A stretch of DNA of 63,344 nt, counting the filler. It is 14 parts of 14 records of this genome, joined end to end, with 100 filler letters (N's around TTAATTAATTAA, not from the genome) between each part and the next. Parts side by side here need not be neighbours in the genome. Positions count along the whole stretch, not along the records: positions 33,478 to 55,087 come from SRR9188676_2991; 13 more parts are not named here. One strand, 5' to 3'. The notes under the pieces are model-generated. The model worked only from the letters and a program-made list of their open reading frames with translations. It did no database searches and had not been told where the DNA came from. The translations under genes were made by a program, and so were the position numbers. Of the stretch, positions 34,471 to 45,388 are shown piece by piece; within the stretch, counting starts at the first letter, position 1, and every line of letters starts with the position of its first letter.

Positions 34471-35214
34471 ATGGACTATTTACAAAAAATTATTGGAGAC
34501 TTTGAAATTCACTCAGTGGAAGGAATTAAGGAATGTTTTGAAAATGGTATTGACCCAAACCAAATACACAAAGACAAACCTCTTGTTTATGAAATGATAA
34601 ACATGTATTTACGAAGTCCTAAATTCAAAGACTGTGTTAAAGCTTTTGTAGATTATGGTTTAAAATTTGACGACAAAGTATTATTGTCCGTTTTACTTGA
34701 TGATGCAAAAACACTTGACAGACTTCTGACTAAGGACAAAACATTATTACACAAAAAATATTCATTAGACTGCACTTTTACTCCTCTGTATGAAGCATCC
34801 CTTTTACATATTTGTGCAGAATATAATCATTTGTCATGTGCTAAAATTCTTGTAAATCATGGAATAGACATCAATAACAAAGCTGGATTTGACAATTACG
34901 GATTTGGAGGACAAAGCCCAATTTTCCATACTGTTAATCAACATGCAAATGCTTGCTTCGACGTAATGGAATATCTTGTTTCACAAAATGCAGACTTATC
35001 ATTAACAGTACAGGGACTTATATGGGGAAAAGGTTATGAATGGGAAACATTTATTCCTTCTGTAAATCCAATAAGTTATGCCATGATGGGATTACTTAGA
35101 CAATTTCAAAGAACAGAGCAACAAATCTATAAAGTAGTCTCTTTGTTGTTAAAAGCAGAATATGGTACAGACTATTTTCCTACCAATGTCCCTAATAAAT
35201 ATTTAAGCAATTAG
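34471..35214 (+). CDS. Ankyrin-repeat domain protein
   Basis: ASLLHICAEYNHLSCAKILVNHGIDIN and GQSPIFHTV motifs. Confidence 0.8.
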   Translation: MDYLQKIIGDFEIHSVEGIKECFENGIDPNQIHKDKPLVYEMINMYLRSPKFKDCVKAFVDYGLKFDDKVLLSVLLDDAKTLDRLLTKDKTLLHKKYSLDCTFTPLYEASLLHICAEYNHLSCAKILVNHGIDINNKAGFDNYGFGGQSPIFHTVNQHANACFDVMEYLVSQNADLSLTVQGLIWGKGYEWETFIPSVNPISYAMMGLLRQFQRTEQQIYKVVSLLLKAEYGTDYFPTNVPNKYLSN

Positions 35215-35370
35215 CAAAACATTGTATTTCGCCCTCCTTAGACTTATCTCTACAGCCATTTAAACAGCCCAAAATACAAGAAAAAAGAAAACCTTTTCAT
35301 GTATTTAATTTAGTTAGAAAAAGCAATGTAAATTTGACTTTCTAATCAATCTGTTAAACCATGAAAAACA

Positions 35371-36390
35371 ATGCTTAAAAAACACAATCTTTTACTATTA
35401 ATGCTTCTATTAATAGTCCCTGCCACGCTATTCTCACAGAATGTTACGAATAACAATGTAGTAATTCCCCGAATGCGTGTAATTGTTGATAATGATTTCA
35501 GTGGCGACCCTGACGGACTCTTCCAGCTTGCACATCTTTTACTCTCTCCTTCTGTAGAAATAAGAGGAATTATTGGTTCGCATTTAAGTGTAGGAGATGG
35601 TTTCGACCCTTCTAAAACACAAGCAGAGAATGCGGCAAATAAAGCAAAAGAATTATTACAAGTAATGGCTGTTAAAAACAATATTCCAGTTTTTGCGGGT
35701 TCAAATACTGCCATGCTGAATGATAGTACGCCTGTAAAAGATGAAGCAGTGAATTTTATTATCCAAGAAGCTTTACGGACGGATACTAAATTGCCTTTAT
35801 ATATACTTTGTGGAGCAGGTTTAACGGAGATTGCTTCAGCAGTTTTAACGAATCCACAAATTGCGAATAAATTAACATTGGTATGGATTGGCGGTCCAGA
35901 ATATAACGATTTAGCGTTACCTCCTCCCAATTTTTCTGACCCAGAATATAATCTTAAAATAGATATTTCGGCAGGTGCAGTTATTTTCAATAAATCAAAT
36001 ATTTCTATCTGGCAAGTACCAAGAAATGCTTATCGTCAATGTTTGATTTCATATAATCAGTTACTGAGCAAAGTAAAATCAAAAGGAAAAACTGGAAATT
36101 ATTTGGTTACGATTTTAGAGAATTTAATGAAGAGAATCCAACCATATTATAATATTGGCGAAACTTATGTATTGGGCGATAGTCCTTTGGTATTATTAAC
36201 AGCTCTTCAATCATCCTTTGAAGCTGACCCATCATCTAGTAAGTATGTAATTAAATTAGCACCAAAAATCAACAAGCAGGGAGCTTACGAGTATAATCAT
36301 AAAGGCAGAAACATAAGAGTTTACAATCATTTAGATACTTACTTAATGTTTGAAGATTTTTTTGCAAAATTAGAATTAGCGAATCAATAA
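35371..36390 (+). CDS. Exported nucleoside hydrolase-family protein
   Basis: Signal peptide; RVIVDNDFSGDPDG N-terminal Asp motif, LVWIGG, EYNLKID. Confidence 0.85.
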   Translation: MLKKHNLLLLMLLLIVPATLFSQNVTNNNVVIPRMRVIVDNDFSGDPDGLFQLAHLLLSPSVEIRGIIGSHLSVGDGFDPSKTQAENAANKAKELLQVMAVKNNIPVFAGSNTAMLNDSTPVKDEAVNFIIQEALRTDTKLPLYILCGAGLTEIASAVLTNPQIANKLTLVWIGGPEYNDLALPPPNFSDPEYNLKIDISAGAVIFNKSNISIWQVPRNAYRQCLISYNQLLSKVKSKGKTGNYLVTILENLMKRIQPYYNIGETYVLGDSPLVLLTALQSSFEADPSSSKYVIKLAPKINKQGAYEYNHKGRNIRVYNHLDTYLMFEDFFAKLELANQ

Positions 36391-36435
36391 TGATTTCTTT
36401 AACGAATAGAGCAATTTTAAGAATCGTATTATCAC

Positions 36436-36473
36436 AAAAATGCCCAGCTGAATGATTTCAACTGGGCATTTTT
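36436..36473. terminator. Bidirectional intrinsic terminator
   Basis: AAAAATGCCCAGCTGAA-tga-TTTCAACTGGGCATTTTT between convergent genes. Confidence 0.88.
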
Positions 36474-36493
36474 ATATTGATAATTAAACCAGA

Positions 36494-37990
36494 TTATGGG
36501 TTTGGAGCACAATCTTTGTTTACGTTAATTTCCGATTGAGGAATTGGCCAAATATAAGCTGGCGATGTTACTGGAATTGCAGCAATATTCGCTTTAGCAG
36601 GAAGTGGTAAATTATTACGTTGCAAATCAATTGAACGGAAACCTTCACCTAAGAATTCAATTCTTCTTTCTGTCAAAATTGCATTAACTAGCGCTGTACC
36701 ATTAGCAAAATCAGCAGCAGTATAAGCAGTAGTTGAACGGCCTCTAACAGCATTCAACAAAGCTAATGCCGAAGCATCAACACTTGCACCTGCTAATCTA
36801 GCTTTTGCTTCAGCAAGGTTAAGCAATACTTCTGCATAACGTAATACTGGAACAAAATCTTTATGAACAGGACCCGTTGGATATTTAGTTAGACGGAAAC
36901 GACCAGCATCACTTGCAAAATCATTTTTTACAAAATTTGTACGTCTAGCATCTGTAGCACTGAAAGCTGCATTTCCTAAAATACCAGCAGGGTTTAATGA
37001 GAAGTCACCAATACCAATTAATGGTAAATAATAACTAGCTAAACCATTTTGAGTACCCGGTAAGTCGTTATCACCCATTGGAAATGAGAAAATAGATTCA
37101 ACCGTTGTATATGGTGCTGCAAAAACCGAAGCAACTGATGCTTGTAAAGCATTCGCTACACCAGTACCTGCTTTAAATGGAGCAGTAGCTGATACAATTT
37201 TATTAGCTTCAGTAACGACATCTGCCCATTTACCCATTGTTAAATAAGCACGTACTTTCATGGCAATCGCACTGTTTTTATGAGCACGAGTAGTGTTCAA
37301 AGCAGCCGACGTATAAGTAGCAGGAAGGTTTTGCTCAGCATAAGTTAAATCAGAAATGATTTGAGTATATACTTCAGCAACCGTACTTCTTTTCAAATTA
37401 TTATTACCACTACCAACTTCGCCAGTCAAACGCAAAGGTACACCTAAGCTTGCACCAGCATCTTTAGTATATGGTTGAGCATAAGTATTTACCAAAGAAT
37501 AGTAAATCAAAGCTCTTAAAAATCTAGCTTCAGCCTTGTATTGTGTTGCCAAAGTAGCATCAATAACACCAGCGTTTTTATCTAAACCTTCAGCAAACAA
37601 GTTAGCACGGTTAACTGCTAAATATGCAGCATTCCACATGTTTGTTGGCTCATTTGATGAAGAGTTGTTAGTATGGTTCCAAGTTTGTAAAGCAGTAACA
37701 CCATTTGATGTTACGTTCAAAAACTCTTCTCCACGTACATCGTTATAGATATAATAACGACCACCATAAAGTTGCCCAGATTTTGTACTTGAATACAAAC
37801 CATTCACTTGAGCCAATACACGGTCAGGAGTTGAGAATGCTTGTAAATCAGATAAAGATGTAATCGGAGTTGGTTCAAGCAAACTTTTTTCATCACAAGC
37901 TAACACAGCTGTTAGCATCATGATAGAAGCCATCGATACTTTGATGGTTTTCCCTGCGTTTTTAAAAGTAATATTTATATTTTTTTTCAT
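36494..37990 (-). CDS. susD: SusD/RagB family lipoprotein
   Basis: Lipobox VLAC, AEARFLRALIYY, RYAEVLLNLAEA, ERRIEFLGEGFR, WPIPQSEI. Start corrected to ATG at 37990, just downstream of the susC stop. Confidence 0.93.
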   Translation of the reverse strand: MKKNINITFKNAGKTIKVSMASIMMLTAVLACDEKSLLEPTPITSLSDLQAFSTPDRVLAQVNGLYSSTKSGQLYGGRYYIYNDVRGEEFLNVTSNGVTALQTWNHTNNSSSNEPTNMWNAAYLAVNRANLFAEGLDKNAGVIDATLATQYKAEARFLRALIYYSLVNTYAQPYTKDAGASLGVPLRLTGEVGSGNNNLKRSTVAEVYTQIISDLTYAEQNLPATYTSAALNTTRAHKNSAIAMKVRAYLTMGKWADVVTEANKIVSATAPFKAGTGVANALQASVASVFAAPYTTVESIFSFPMGDNDLPGTQNGLASYYLPLIGIGDFSLNPAGILGNAAFSATDARRTNFVKNDFASDAGRFRLTKYPTGPVHKDFVPVLRYAEVLLNLAEAKARLAGASVDASALALLNAVRGRSTTAYTAADFANGTALVNAILTERRIEFLGEGFRSIDLQRNNLPLPAKANIAAIPVTSPAYIWPIPQSEINVNKDCAPNP

Positions 37991-38009
37991 CTTAAAATCA
38001 ATTTTAAAA

Positions 38010-41000
38010 TTAGAAACTAACTGATAGACCAACTGTGTAAGTACGAGCTTGAGGAGTAGAGTTACGGTCAACACCAGGAGCAATGTTCGAGTTACGGTTT
38101 GTTGAAATTTCAGGGTCAGCACCAGAATATCCAGTAATAATGAAAGCATTTTGTACTTGAGCGTATAATCTAGCACTTGAGATTTTAGCTTTTTCTAATA
38201 AACCTTTCTTGAAAGTATATCCCATTGAGATATTACGCATACGGATAAAATCACCTTTTTCTACGTTTTCAGAAATTGGCGTTGAAGAACCATTAGAGAT
38301 GTTATCACCATATACTAAACGTGGTATATTAGTAATATCACCTTCTTTTTGCCAACGATTCAAAATCTCTGTGTGGTTATTCCAAGCACGTTGGTCACGT
38401 AAACCAGCTTTTGTACCATTATAGATATAATTACCACCTGAGAATTGTAAGAAAATTCCTAAATCAAATGATTTGTATTTGAAAGTATTGTCTAAACCTC
38501 CAAAGAACGTTGGGAAAGCTGTTCCCCATACTTTACGGTCAGAACCAGTAATAGCAGGAGCAGTTCCACTACCATCCACATAAGTCCATTTTCCTGGATG
38601 AGAATATTGAACTTCTTTACCAGCAGCATTTACAAAAATACGTTGTCCATTTACTGGATTCACGCCTCTTGTTTCTACTACGAAAATACTACCTACTGGA
38701 TAACCAACACGAACAATGTTTGAACTTTCTAAACCACCAGTTGAAGCAATGATGTCAGCATTATTGTTTGCTAATGCTAATACTTCGTTAGAGTTCGCCG
38801 AGATGTTAAAGTTAGCGTTCCAAGTAAAGCTTTTCTTTTCTAATACTAGAGCGTTTAATGTAAATTCCCAACCTTTATTCACCATCGAACCAATGTTTGT
38901 GTTGATTGAGTTGTTCGGTACACCACGTGAAGGAGCTTGTGGCTCTGCTAAAACTAAATCAGAAATATCGTTTTTGTAATAGTTAATTTCTCCAGAAATT
39001 CTGTCATTAAATAAACCATAGCTCAAACCAATATCTAATTTAGTACTTTGTTCCCATTTCAAGTTTGGATTTCCTGCTTGTACAAATACCCAAGTTGGTG
39101 AAGAACCATATAAACCAGACCCAAATAAACTTAATGAAGCAAAATCACTTACACCAGTATTACCAACACGACCCCAGCTAGTACGTAATTTCAATTCGTT
39201 TACTGTATTCGCTAATGATGAGCCTTTCCAGAATTCTTCTTCAGATAAACGCCATCCTAAAGATGCACCAGGGAAGTTACCCCATTTATTACCAGAAGCA
39301 TAAGCAGAATATCCATCACGACGTAATGTGAATGAAGCAATGTATTTCTTGTCGTAATCGTAGTTCAAACGTCCAAAATAAGACATCAATCCATTTTGAG
39401 TTTGATAGTTACTACCTACTGTATTATTCACAAAACTACCTTGGAAACTAGTAAAGAATGGATCTGATACGTTGTTTCTTGAAGCACCCCAACGGTTAAT
39501 TGTAAATTTCTGAGATTCAGTACCTACAACTACTGTAACGTTATTTTTTGCTACATCGAAATCGTATGTCAAATAGTTTTGGAAATTCCATTGTTTGATG
39601 TTTGTGTAAGCATTAGTAGCAATACCATTACTTCCACCACCTTCACCATGAACAGGGTTACTAAAGCTGATATCTTCAACCTGAGTATTGTCCATACCAT
39701 AAGATGTTCTGAATACTAATCCCTTGTACAATTTAACATCAGCAAAAACATTAGCAATTAAGTGCGCATTTTCAGAAGTAAATTTACTTAAATCCAAATC
39801 TGGAATTGGGTTATAGTATCCACCAGGACCAACCAAGTTATTACCTAAGCCCATGTTGTTACCTGCTTTGTTGATGTTGTATGAACCATCAGCATTGTAA
39901 GGAGCAATGTTTGGAGCTAAAACCATTGGTAAACGACCTAAACCACCTGTAGAGAAAGCTCCAGTTGTACCAGTATTTGGCGATTGGTTAAAGCTGTTTG
40001 CATAAGTAATGTTCGAACCTATTGTAATAAAGTCATTTAATCTATGAGATACGTTCATACGTCCTGTCATACGACTAAATGTGTTTTTCTTAATCATACC
40101 ATCTTGGTCAGTATAACCAACAGAGAATGAATACTTAGTATCTTTATTACCACCATTCAAACTCAAGTTATGGCTTTGAGAAATACCAGTTTGGTAAACA
40201 TAGTCATACCAATTAGTATTGACTAAGCTTCCATCAGCATTGTATGAAGGGAAAAATTGATTAGCCAAACCAGCATTTTTAGAAGCCTCATTTTTAACAT
40301 CCATGAACTGCTGAGCATCTAACATTTTAAACTTTCTGAATGCTTGAGTAGAACCCACCCAAGTATCATAAGTTAATTTAGCTCTACCTTCTTTTCCTTT
40401 TTTAGTAGTAACCAACATTACACCTGCAGCAGCTCTCGAACCATAAATAGCTGTAGCAGAAGCATCTTTTAGAATTTCAACCGATTCAATATCTGACGGG
40501 TTAATATCTCCAAGTGGGTTGTTTACGGTATAACCACCAGCAGAAACATCACCTGAGTTAATTGGCATTCCATCAATAACGATTAAAGGAGATGAACTTT
40601 GGTTTATTGAAGATGTACCACGTACACGAATCACTGGAGCATTATTCAATACACCATTTGGTGTAGTAATGTTAACACCAGATACACGACCTTGCAAACC
40701 TTGGTCGAATGACTGTAATGGCTGTGAAGCTATTTCTTTTCCTGAAACAGAAGCTACAGCACCAGTAATCACTTTTTTACTTTGAGTACCGTATCCCACA
40801 ACAACAACTTCATTCAATTCAGAAATGTCTTGGTCTAATTGAACGTTGATTGTGCTTAATTTACCTACTTTTACTGAAGTAGCTTTAAAGCCTACAAAAG
40901 TAAATACCAATGTTTCACTTGGTGAAGCGTTGATTGTGAACACGCCATTCGCATTTGTTGTAGTTCCACGAGTAGAACCCTTAACAGATACGCTTACTCC

Positions 41001-41114
41001 TGGTAGCTCGGAGCCATTCTCAGACGTTGTAACTTTTCCTGTAATCTTACTTTGAGCAAAAAGTATGCTCACACTGAAGACCAACAGCATGGTAAGTAGA
41101 AGTCTCTTCTTCAT
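38010..41114 (-). CDS. susC: SusC/RagA family TonB-dependent transporter
   Basis: LNEVVVVGYG, DIESVEILKDASATAIYGSRAAAGV, GNPNLKWEQS, C-terminal F. Confidence 0.96.
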   Translation of the reverse strand: MKKRLLLTMLLVFSVSILFAQSKITGKVTTSENGSELPGVSVSVKGSTRGTTTNANGVFTINASPSETLVFTFVGFKATSVKVGKLSTINVQLDQDISELNEVVVVGYGTQSKKVITGAVASVSGKEIASQPLQSFDQGLQGRVSGVNITTPNGVLNNAPVIRVRGTSSINQSSSPLIVIDGMPINSGDVSAGGYTVNNPLGDINPSDIESVEILKDASATAIYGSRAAAGVMLVTTKKGKEGRAKLTYDTWVGSTQAFRKFKMLDAQQFMDVKNEASKNAGLANQFFPSYNADGSLVNTNWYDYVYQTGISQSHNLSLNGGNKDTKYSFSVGYTDQDGMIKKNTFSRMTGRMNVSHRLNDFITIGSNITYANSFNQSPNTGTTGAFSTGGLGRLPMVLAPNIAPYNADGSYNINKAGNNMGLGNNLVGPGGYYNPIPDLDLSKFTSENAHLIANVFADVKLYKGLVFRTSYGMDNTQVEDISFSNPVHGEGGGSNGIATNAYTNIKQWNFQNYLTYDFDVAKNNVTVVVGTESQKFTINRWGASRNNVSDPFFTSFQGSFVNNTVGSNYQTQNGLMSYFGRLNYDYDKKYIASFTLRRDGYSAYASGNKWGNFPGASLGWRLSEEEFWKGSSLANTVNELKLRTSWGRVGNTGVSDFASLSLFGSGLYGSSPTWVFVQAGNPNLKWEQSTKLDIGLSYGLFNDRISGEINYYKNDISDLVLAEPQAPSRGVPNNSINTNIGSMVNKGWEFTLNALVLEKKSFTWNANFNISANSNEVLALANNNADIIASTGGLESSNIVRVGYPVGSIFVVETRGVNPVNGQRIFVNAAGKEVQYSHPGKWTYVDGSGTAPAITGSDRKVWGTAFPTFFGGLDNTFKYKSFDLGIFLQFSGGNYIYNGTKAGLRDQRAWNNHTEILNRWQKEGDITNIPRLVYGDNISNGSSTPISENVEKGDFIRMRNISMGYTFKKGLLEKAKISSARLYAQVQNAFIITGYSGADPEISTNRNSNIAPGVDRNSTPQARTYTVGLSVSF

Positions 41115-41561
41115 GCAATAAAGGGGTTAATTTGTTGATGGTTATTACTTATACGTTACTGATTATTAACAAATGGTTAACAAAACCAGTATGTGAAAAT
41201 ATGTATTAACTGTTGTTAAAGCAACAGTTTTTTTAACATATAGGCATAAAAATAAAATAAATACAACAAAAAGAAAAATAAATACCATTATTTCACATAT
41301 TCCAATAATTCCCTTCAACAATCATCTTTACCAAAAAAACAATATCACAGAAGATTTATCCAGAAAACCACTAAAACAACCGTTCATTATATGGTTATTA
41401 TTACTTATAACCAAATATTATTTCATAGCCTAACTTGGGATGGTCAAGTAGTTATACGTATTCATTGTTCATCATAAACATTAAATAAATAGTATTATCT
41501 AATATTCTGAGTACTTTCTCTGTCTTTTTTACTTTTAAAAAAGGCAAAGTCCAATAAATAG

Positions 41562-41593
41562 AAAAGCCACTGCAATTTCTCACAGTGGCTTTT
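41562..41593 (-). terminator. Intrinsic terminator of deaD
   Basis: AAAAGCCACTG-loop-CAGTGGCTTTT just downstream of the stop. Confidence 0.85.
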
Positions 41594-41615
41594 AGTATTT
41601 ATTATTTTATTGAGA

Positions 41616-43436
41616 TTAATTGCTTGGTTTAGCAATCTCAACATTTACTCTTTTCCCTTTGATAGAAGCACCTTCCATACGGTTCAATACAGTAGTTGCG
41701 TATTCTTTCGGAACGTCAACAAATGAATATTTATCGAAAATATTGATTTGACCTAAAGTGTTTCCAGGAATTCCTGACTCTCCAGCGAAAGCTCCTACGA
41801 TATTAGCAGGAGAAATCTTTTCATCAAAACCAATGTTTACAAACATTCTTACCATGTTAGCATCCTGACGGTATGGTTTACCAGCTTTGTCTGTACGAGG
41901 GCCACGATCTTCAAAAGAACGTTGACGGTCGTTTGAACGACCACCAGAAGAACGGTCATCACGTGAGTTACCACGGTCAAAACGGCTACCACCTTCTCTG
42001 TTTCCAAAACGATTTCCTGATTCACGATTTCCACCACGACCAGCATCTCTACTTCCGAAACGGTCGTTTCCACGATCATTTCTACGTGCATTGCGTTCTG
42101 CTTCTCCGTCTAAGTTTTCGTCAGCGAATTCGTTTTTAGCAACACCCATATTCATTTTTACTAAAGCTGCAATAATTTGCTCAGCAGTAAATCCTGAATG
42201 TTCTAATGAAGCATAAACATCACCGAACAATTCTAAATCACCTGCTTGGATAGTATTTTGAAGGCGTTCAATAAACATACCTTTTTTAACTCCTACTACA
42301 TCCGAGAACGATGGAATAACACCTTTGTCAATTTTAACTTTAGTGTAATTCATGATGTCACGTAAACGGTTACGTTCTGAACCTACTACTAAAGTAAATG
42401 CTTTACCAGATTTACCAGCACGTCCAGTTCTACCGATACGGTGTACATAATATTCTTCATCTAATGGAATATCGTAGTTGAATACTGCATCAACATCACT
42501 TACATCAATACCACGAGCCGCAACGTCAGTAGCTACTAAAATATTTACAACACCTGAACGGAATTTAGCCATTACGTTAGTACGTTGTGCTTGACGTAAA
42601 TCTCCATGAAGACCTTCAGCTGCATAACCACGTAATACTAATTCTTCTACTACTTCGTCAACTTTTTTCTTCTGGTTACAGAATACTAAAGCTAATTTAA
42701 CAGTATGTAAATCCATCAAACGAGTCATTACTTCTAATTTCGCTTTTCCTTTAACGTCGAAGTATAATTGCTCGATGTTTGCATTAGTAATTTCGTTTTT
42801 CACTACTTTCACTAATTTAGGATTATTCTGGTAGCGAGAAGTCAATGCCATGATAGGCTTAGACATCGTTGCTGAGAAGAAAACTGTTTGACGGTCTTCG
42901 TTAGTTTCTTGTAAGATACTTTCGATATCTTCACGGAAGCCCATGTCTAGCATTTCATCTGCTTCGTCAAGAACTGCCATTTTAACATTTTCAAGTTTCA
43001 AAGCACGTCTTTCGATTAAATCGATAACACGTCCTGGCGTACCAACAACGATGTTTGCACCTGCTTTTAAAGACTTAATTTGACGTTCGATTGAATCACC
43101 ACCGAATACAGTAGTTACCCAAACGCCTTTTTTGTATTTTGATAATTTTTTAATTTCTTCAGTTACTTGTACAGCCAACTCACGTGTTGGGCAAAGTACT
43201 AAACCTTGTACATATTTATCGAAAGCGATAACTTTGTCAATCATCGGAATACCAAATGCTGCAGTTTTACCTGTACCAGTTTGCGCTTGTCCGATTACGT
43301 CACGACCTTCTAATAAATAAGGAATTGCTTCTGATTGGATTGGTGAAGCAGTTTCGAACCCCATGTCCTTTACTGCATTTTTGATGTCTTCCGACACGGA
43401 AAGTTCATCGAATCTTAATCTTGTGATTTCACTCAT
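41616..43436 (-). CDS. deaD: DEAD-box RNA helicase DeaD/CsdA with C-terminal DbpA domain
   Basis: Q motif, AQTGTGKT, PTRELA, DEAD, SAT, HRIGRTGRAG, RG-rich linker and RNA-binding domain. Confidence 0.95.
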   Translation of the reverse strand: MSEITRLRFDELSVSEDIKNAVKDMGFETASPIQSEAIPYLLEGRDVIGQAQTGTGKTAAFGIPMIDKVIAFDKYVQGLVLCPTRELAVQVTEEIKKLSKYKKGVWVTTVFGGDSIERQIKSLKAGANIVVGTPGRVIDLIERRALKLENVKMAVLDEADEMLDMGFREDIESILQETNEDRQTVFFSATMSKPIMALTSRYQNNPKLVKVVKNEITNANIEQLYFDVKGKAKLEVMTRLMDLHTVKLALVFCNQKKKVDEVVEELVLRGYAAEGLHGDLRQAQRTNVMAKFRSGVVNILVATDVAARGIDVSDVDAVFNYDIPLDEEYYVHRIGRTGRAGKSGKAFTLVVGSERNRLRDIMNYTKVKIDKGVIPSFSDVVGVKKGMFIERLQNTIQAGDLELFGDVYASLEHSGFTAEQIIAALVKMNMGVAKNEFADENLDGEAERNARRNDRGNDRFGSRDAGRGGNRESGNRFGNREGGSRFDRGNSRDDRSSGGRSNDRQRSFEDRGPRTDKAGKPYRQDANMVRMFVNIGFDEKISPANIVGAFAGESGIPGNTLGQINIFDKYSFVDVPKEYATTVLNRMEGASIKGKRVNVEIAKPSN

Positions 43437-43773
43437 GATTTTTCTAAAACGATTTCAAAGACGCAAATAAACCTGAAGAAATAGCTTTGGAAAACCGATT
43501 TCTTAATATAAGTTGCTTTCAATGATTTCGTTGCCTTTGTTTGTATAGCCTACCAAACGACATGAAGAAGATTGAGGGCATCGACCTGATGCTCCACTCG
43601 TTCCTGAGACTAAATTTGTAATTGATTTGAAATAATTGCTTTAATGATGCCTGAACATCCGTTAAAGCTCTGGGAGACCGACTTAGAACTGTAAAAAGTT
43701 CCTGAGAAGAATAGTTTCGTATCCAACGAAACGTACACAGAGACGTGCGGATGTTTTTTGTACTAATTTTCCA

Positions 43774-43804
43774 CAAAGGTACGTCAATCTTTTTTATTCG
43801 CAAG
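43774..43804 (-). promoter_or_regulatory. Bacteroidota housekeeping-type promoter of deaD
   Basis: -7 TACCTTTG (43781-43774) and -33 CTTG (43804-43801) with a 19-bp spacer. Confidence 0.6.
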
Positions 43805-44066
43805 TGTTTCTTGCATTTTTTTTAGAAAATAAAAAAAACACTTCCGGTTATTTAGCACAAATAGCTGCTATCTTTCATTAAAAGCCCTTTTATGAAAAAT
43901 AAATAAATTGTAAATACCCAAGTTTTCACTAAAATAGCTATTAACCTTATTCGCTTTTCAAAAATTATTACAGAACCAAATAGATTTTTGAGAAATAAGT
44001 GAAAACTTTAACCAATATTTCACAAGACCTAAGCGTTTAATTAAAAATAACATTTTGTATTATTTC

Positions 44067-45290
44067 ATGAAAAAAACAATCTTATTAACTGCTATCGGCT
44101 ATCTGTTTTGTACTTATGCAGGATTCTCCCAAGTATTTTCTGATTCAGTATTTATTAATATTCAAGGCTCACTTGGTAAACTACAAAGTGAAAATGAAAA
44201 TTTGAAAAGTCGTTTGGAAATGCAAAGTCGTTCTTTAACTGATATTTCAAAAAATCAATCAATAAGCGACAAAACTAAATGGGAAAAAATTAGAACAAAC
44301 TTGGTAAAAAGTGCTGAGGTTTATAAAATTTTGAGTGAAGATATTATTGATTTAAAATCTCAGGTAATCAATCAAGACTATCAAGGTTATATCAAGAAAT
44401 TGAGTTCTGTAGAAAAAGGCCCATTAGGTTTTTCTTTTGAAGAAGTAATTATGAAAACGGCTCAAAACAAAGCCATTTTCAGCAAAAAAGAGAAAAATGA
44501 ACGTTTCATGACGGTACTAAAAAGCTTGAAAGATAGCCCAATCGTAGGCTTAATTCCTTATGCTTCACAGGCTGTCAATCTTTCTACAGCAGCAGTAAAT
44601 GTGGCTTATGCGGCTGGAGTACAAGACAAAAAAGTGAATTTTGATAAAATTCGTGAATTTGAAAAAGAGCTTCAACGCTACACAGGCTTCTATAATGCTT
44701 TAGATAAAGCCAATTTAACCAATGCAAATGCAAGTTCACAAACTGTTACTTTGTTAGAAGCATTACAATTAGATTTACTTGAAAAATTCAAAAAAGATGT
44801 TCAAAAAATTGGGTACAATCCAAGAGATATAAGAAATGAGGAATCTTTAGATGATTACTTCAATTATATGGTGAATGAGTTTTCTACGGATTATGTAAAG
44901 AAAAGAATTAGCGATATTGAAAGTAAATACACGCAAAAAGATGGCAAAACGAATTTGACAGATATGTTACAAACTGAGTTAGATATTCGTCATGTGAACA
45001 ACAATTTAGATTATTTACAAAATTTGTGCAATCGTTTTATTGGCATTCATGACCAATATTTTGATTTAGAAAACCGTTACTTTGATTTAGTGAAGCAGTC
45101 AATCAATGTTGCTAAAAGTAATAATATTATTGAAGCCGTAGGTGAACGTTCAGCTCAAATGGTTTATGATGATTTGATTAAAGAATTGGGTGCTAAAAAG
45201 AAAAAGAAAGATTCAGCTATTAAATCAAGTATCAATATTAAAGAGTTAAAAGATAAAATTGATGCCGTTGATATTTATAAAATACTTTAG
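44067..45290 (+). CDS. Hypothetical exported helical/coiled-coil protein
   Basis: Signal peptide MKKTILLTAIGYLFCTYAGFSQ; long ORF followed by a terminator. Confidence 0.8.
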   Translation: MKKTILLTAIGYLFCTYAGFSQVFSDSVFINIQGSLGKLQSENENLKSRLEMQSRSLTDISKNQSISDKTKWEKIRTNLVKSAEVYKILSEDIIDLKSQVINQDYQGYIKKLSSVEKGPLGFSFEEVIMKTAQNKAIFSKKEKNERFMTVLKSLKDSPIVGLIPYASQAVNLSTAAVNVAYAAGVQDKKVNFDKIREFEKELQRYTGFYNALDKANLTNANASSQTVTLLEALQLDLLEKFKKDVQKIGYNPRDIRNEESLDDYFNYMVNEFSTDYVKKRISDIESKYTQKDGKTNLTDMLQTELDIRHVNNNLDYLQNLCNRFIGIHDQYFDLENRYFDLVKQSINVAKSNNIIEAVGERSAQMVYDDLIKELGAKKKKKDSAIKSSINIKELKDKIDAVDIYKIL

Positions 45291-45310
45291 TTTTTAAAAT
45301 CTTAATCCAT

Positions 45311-45345
45311 AAAATACCTCTTTCTGAAAAGAAGGAGGTATTTTT
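45311..45345 (+). terminator. Intrinsic terminator
   Basis: AAAATACCTCTTTC-loop-GAAGGAGGTATTTTT. Confidence 0.8.
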
Positions 45346-45388
45346 ATGTTTAAATCTCTTCAATTATTCAGCAAACCAATTTTCAAAT

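Noticed and set aside
25956-35214. HGT link between the eukaryotic and bacterial ankyrin genes
   Set aside because: Different repeat length and composition; no similarity beyond generic ankyrin motifs.
35346-35990. 214-aa minus-strand ORF
   Set aside because: Antisense to the nucleoside hydrolase.
37991-38176. N-terminal extension of SusD given by the ORF track
   Set aside because: It overlaps the susC 3' end; the ATG at 37990 gives a normal lipoprotein signal.
43519-43803. 94-aa ORF upstream of deaD
   Set aside because: Its TTG start lies inside the predicted promoter and it has no recognisable features; better explained as a structured leader.
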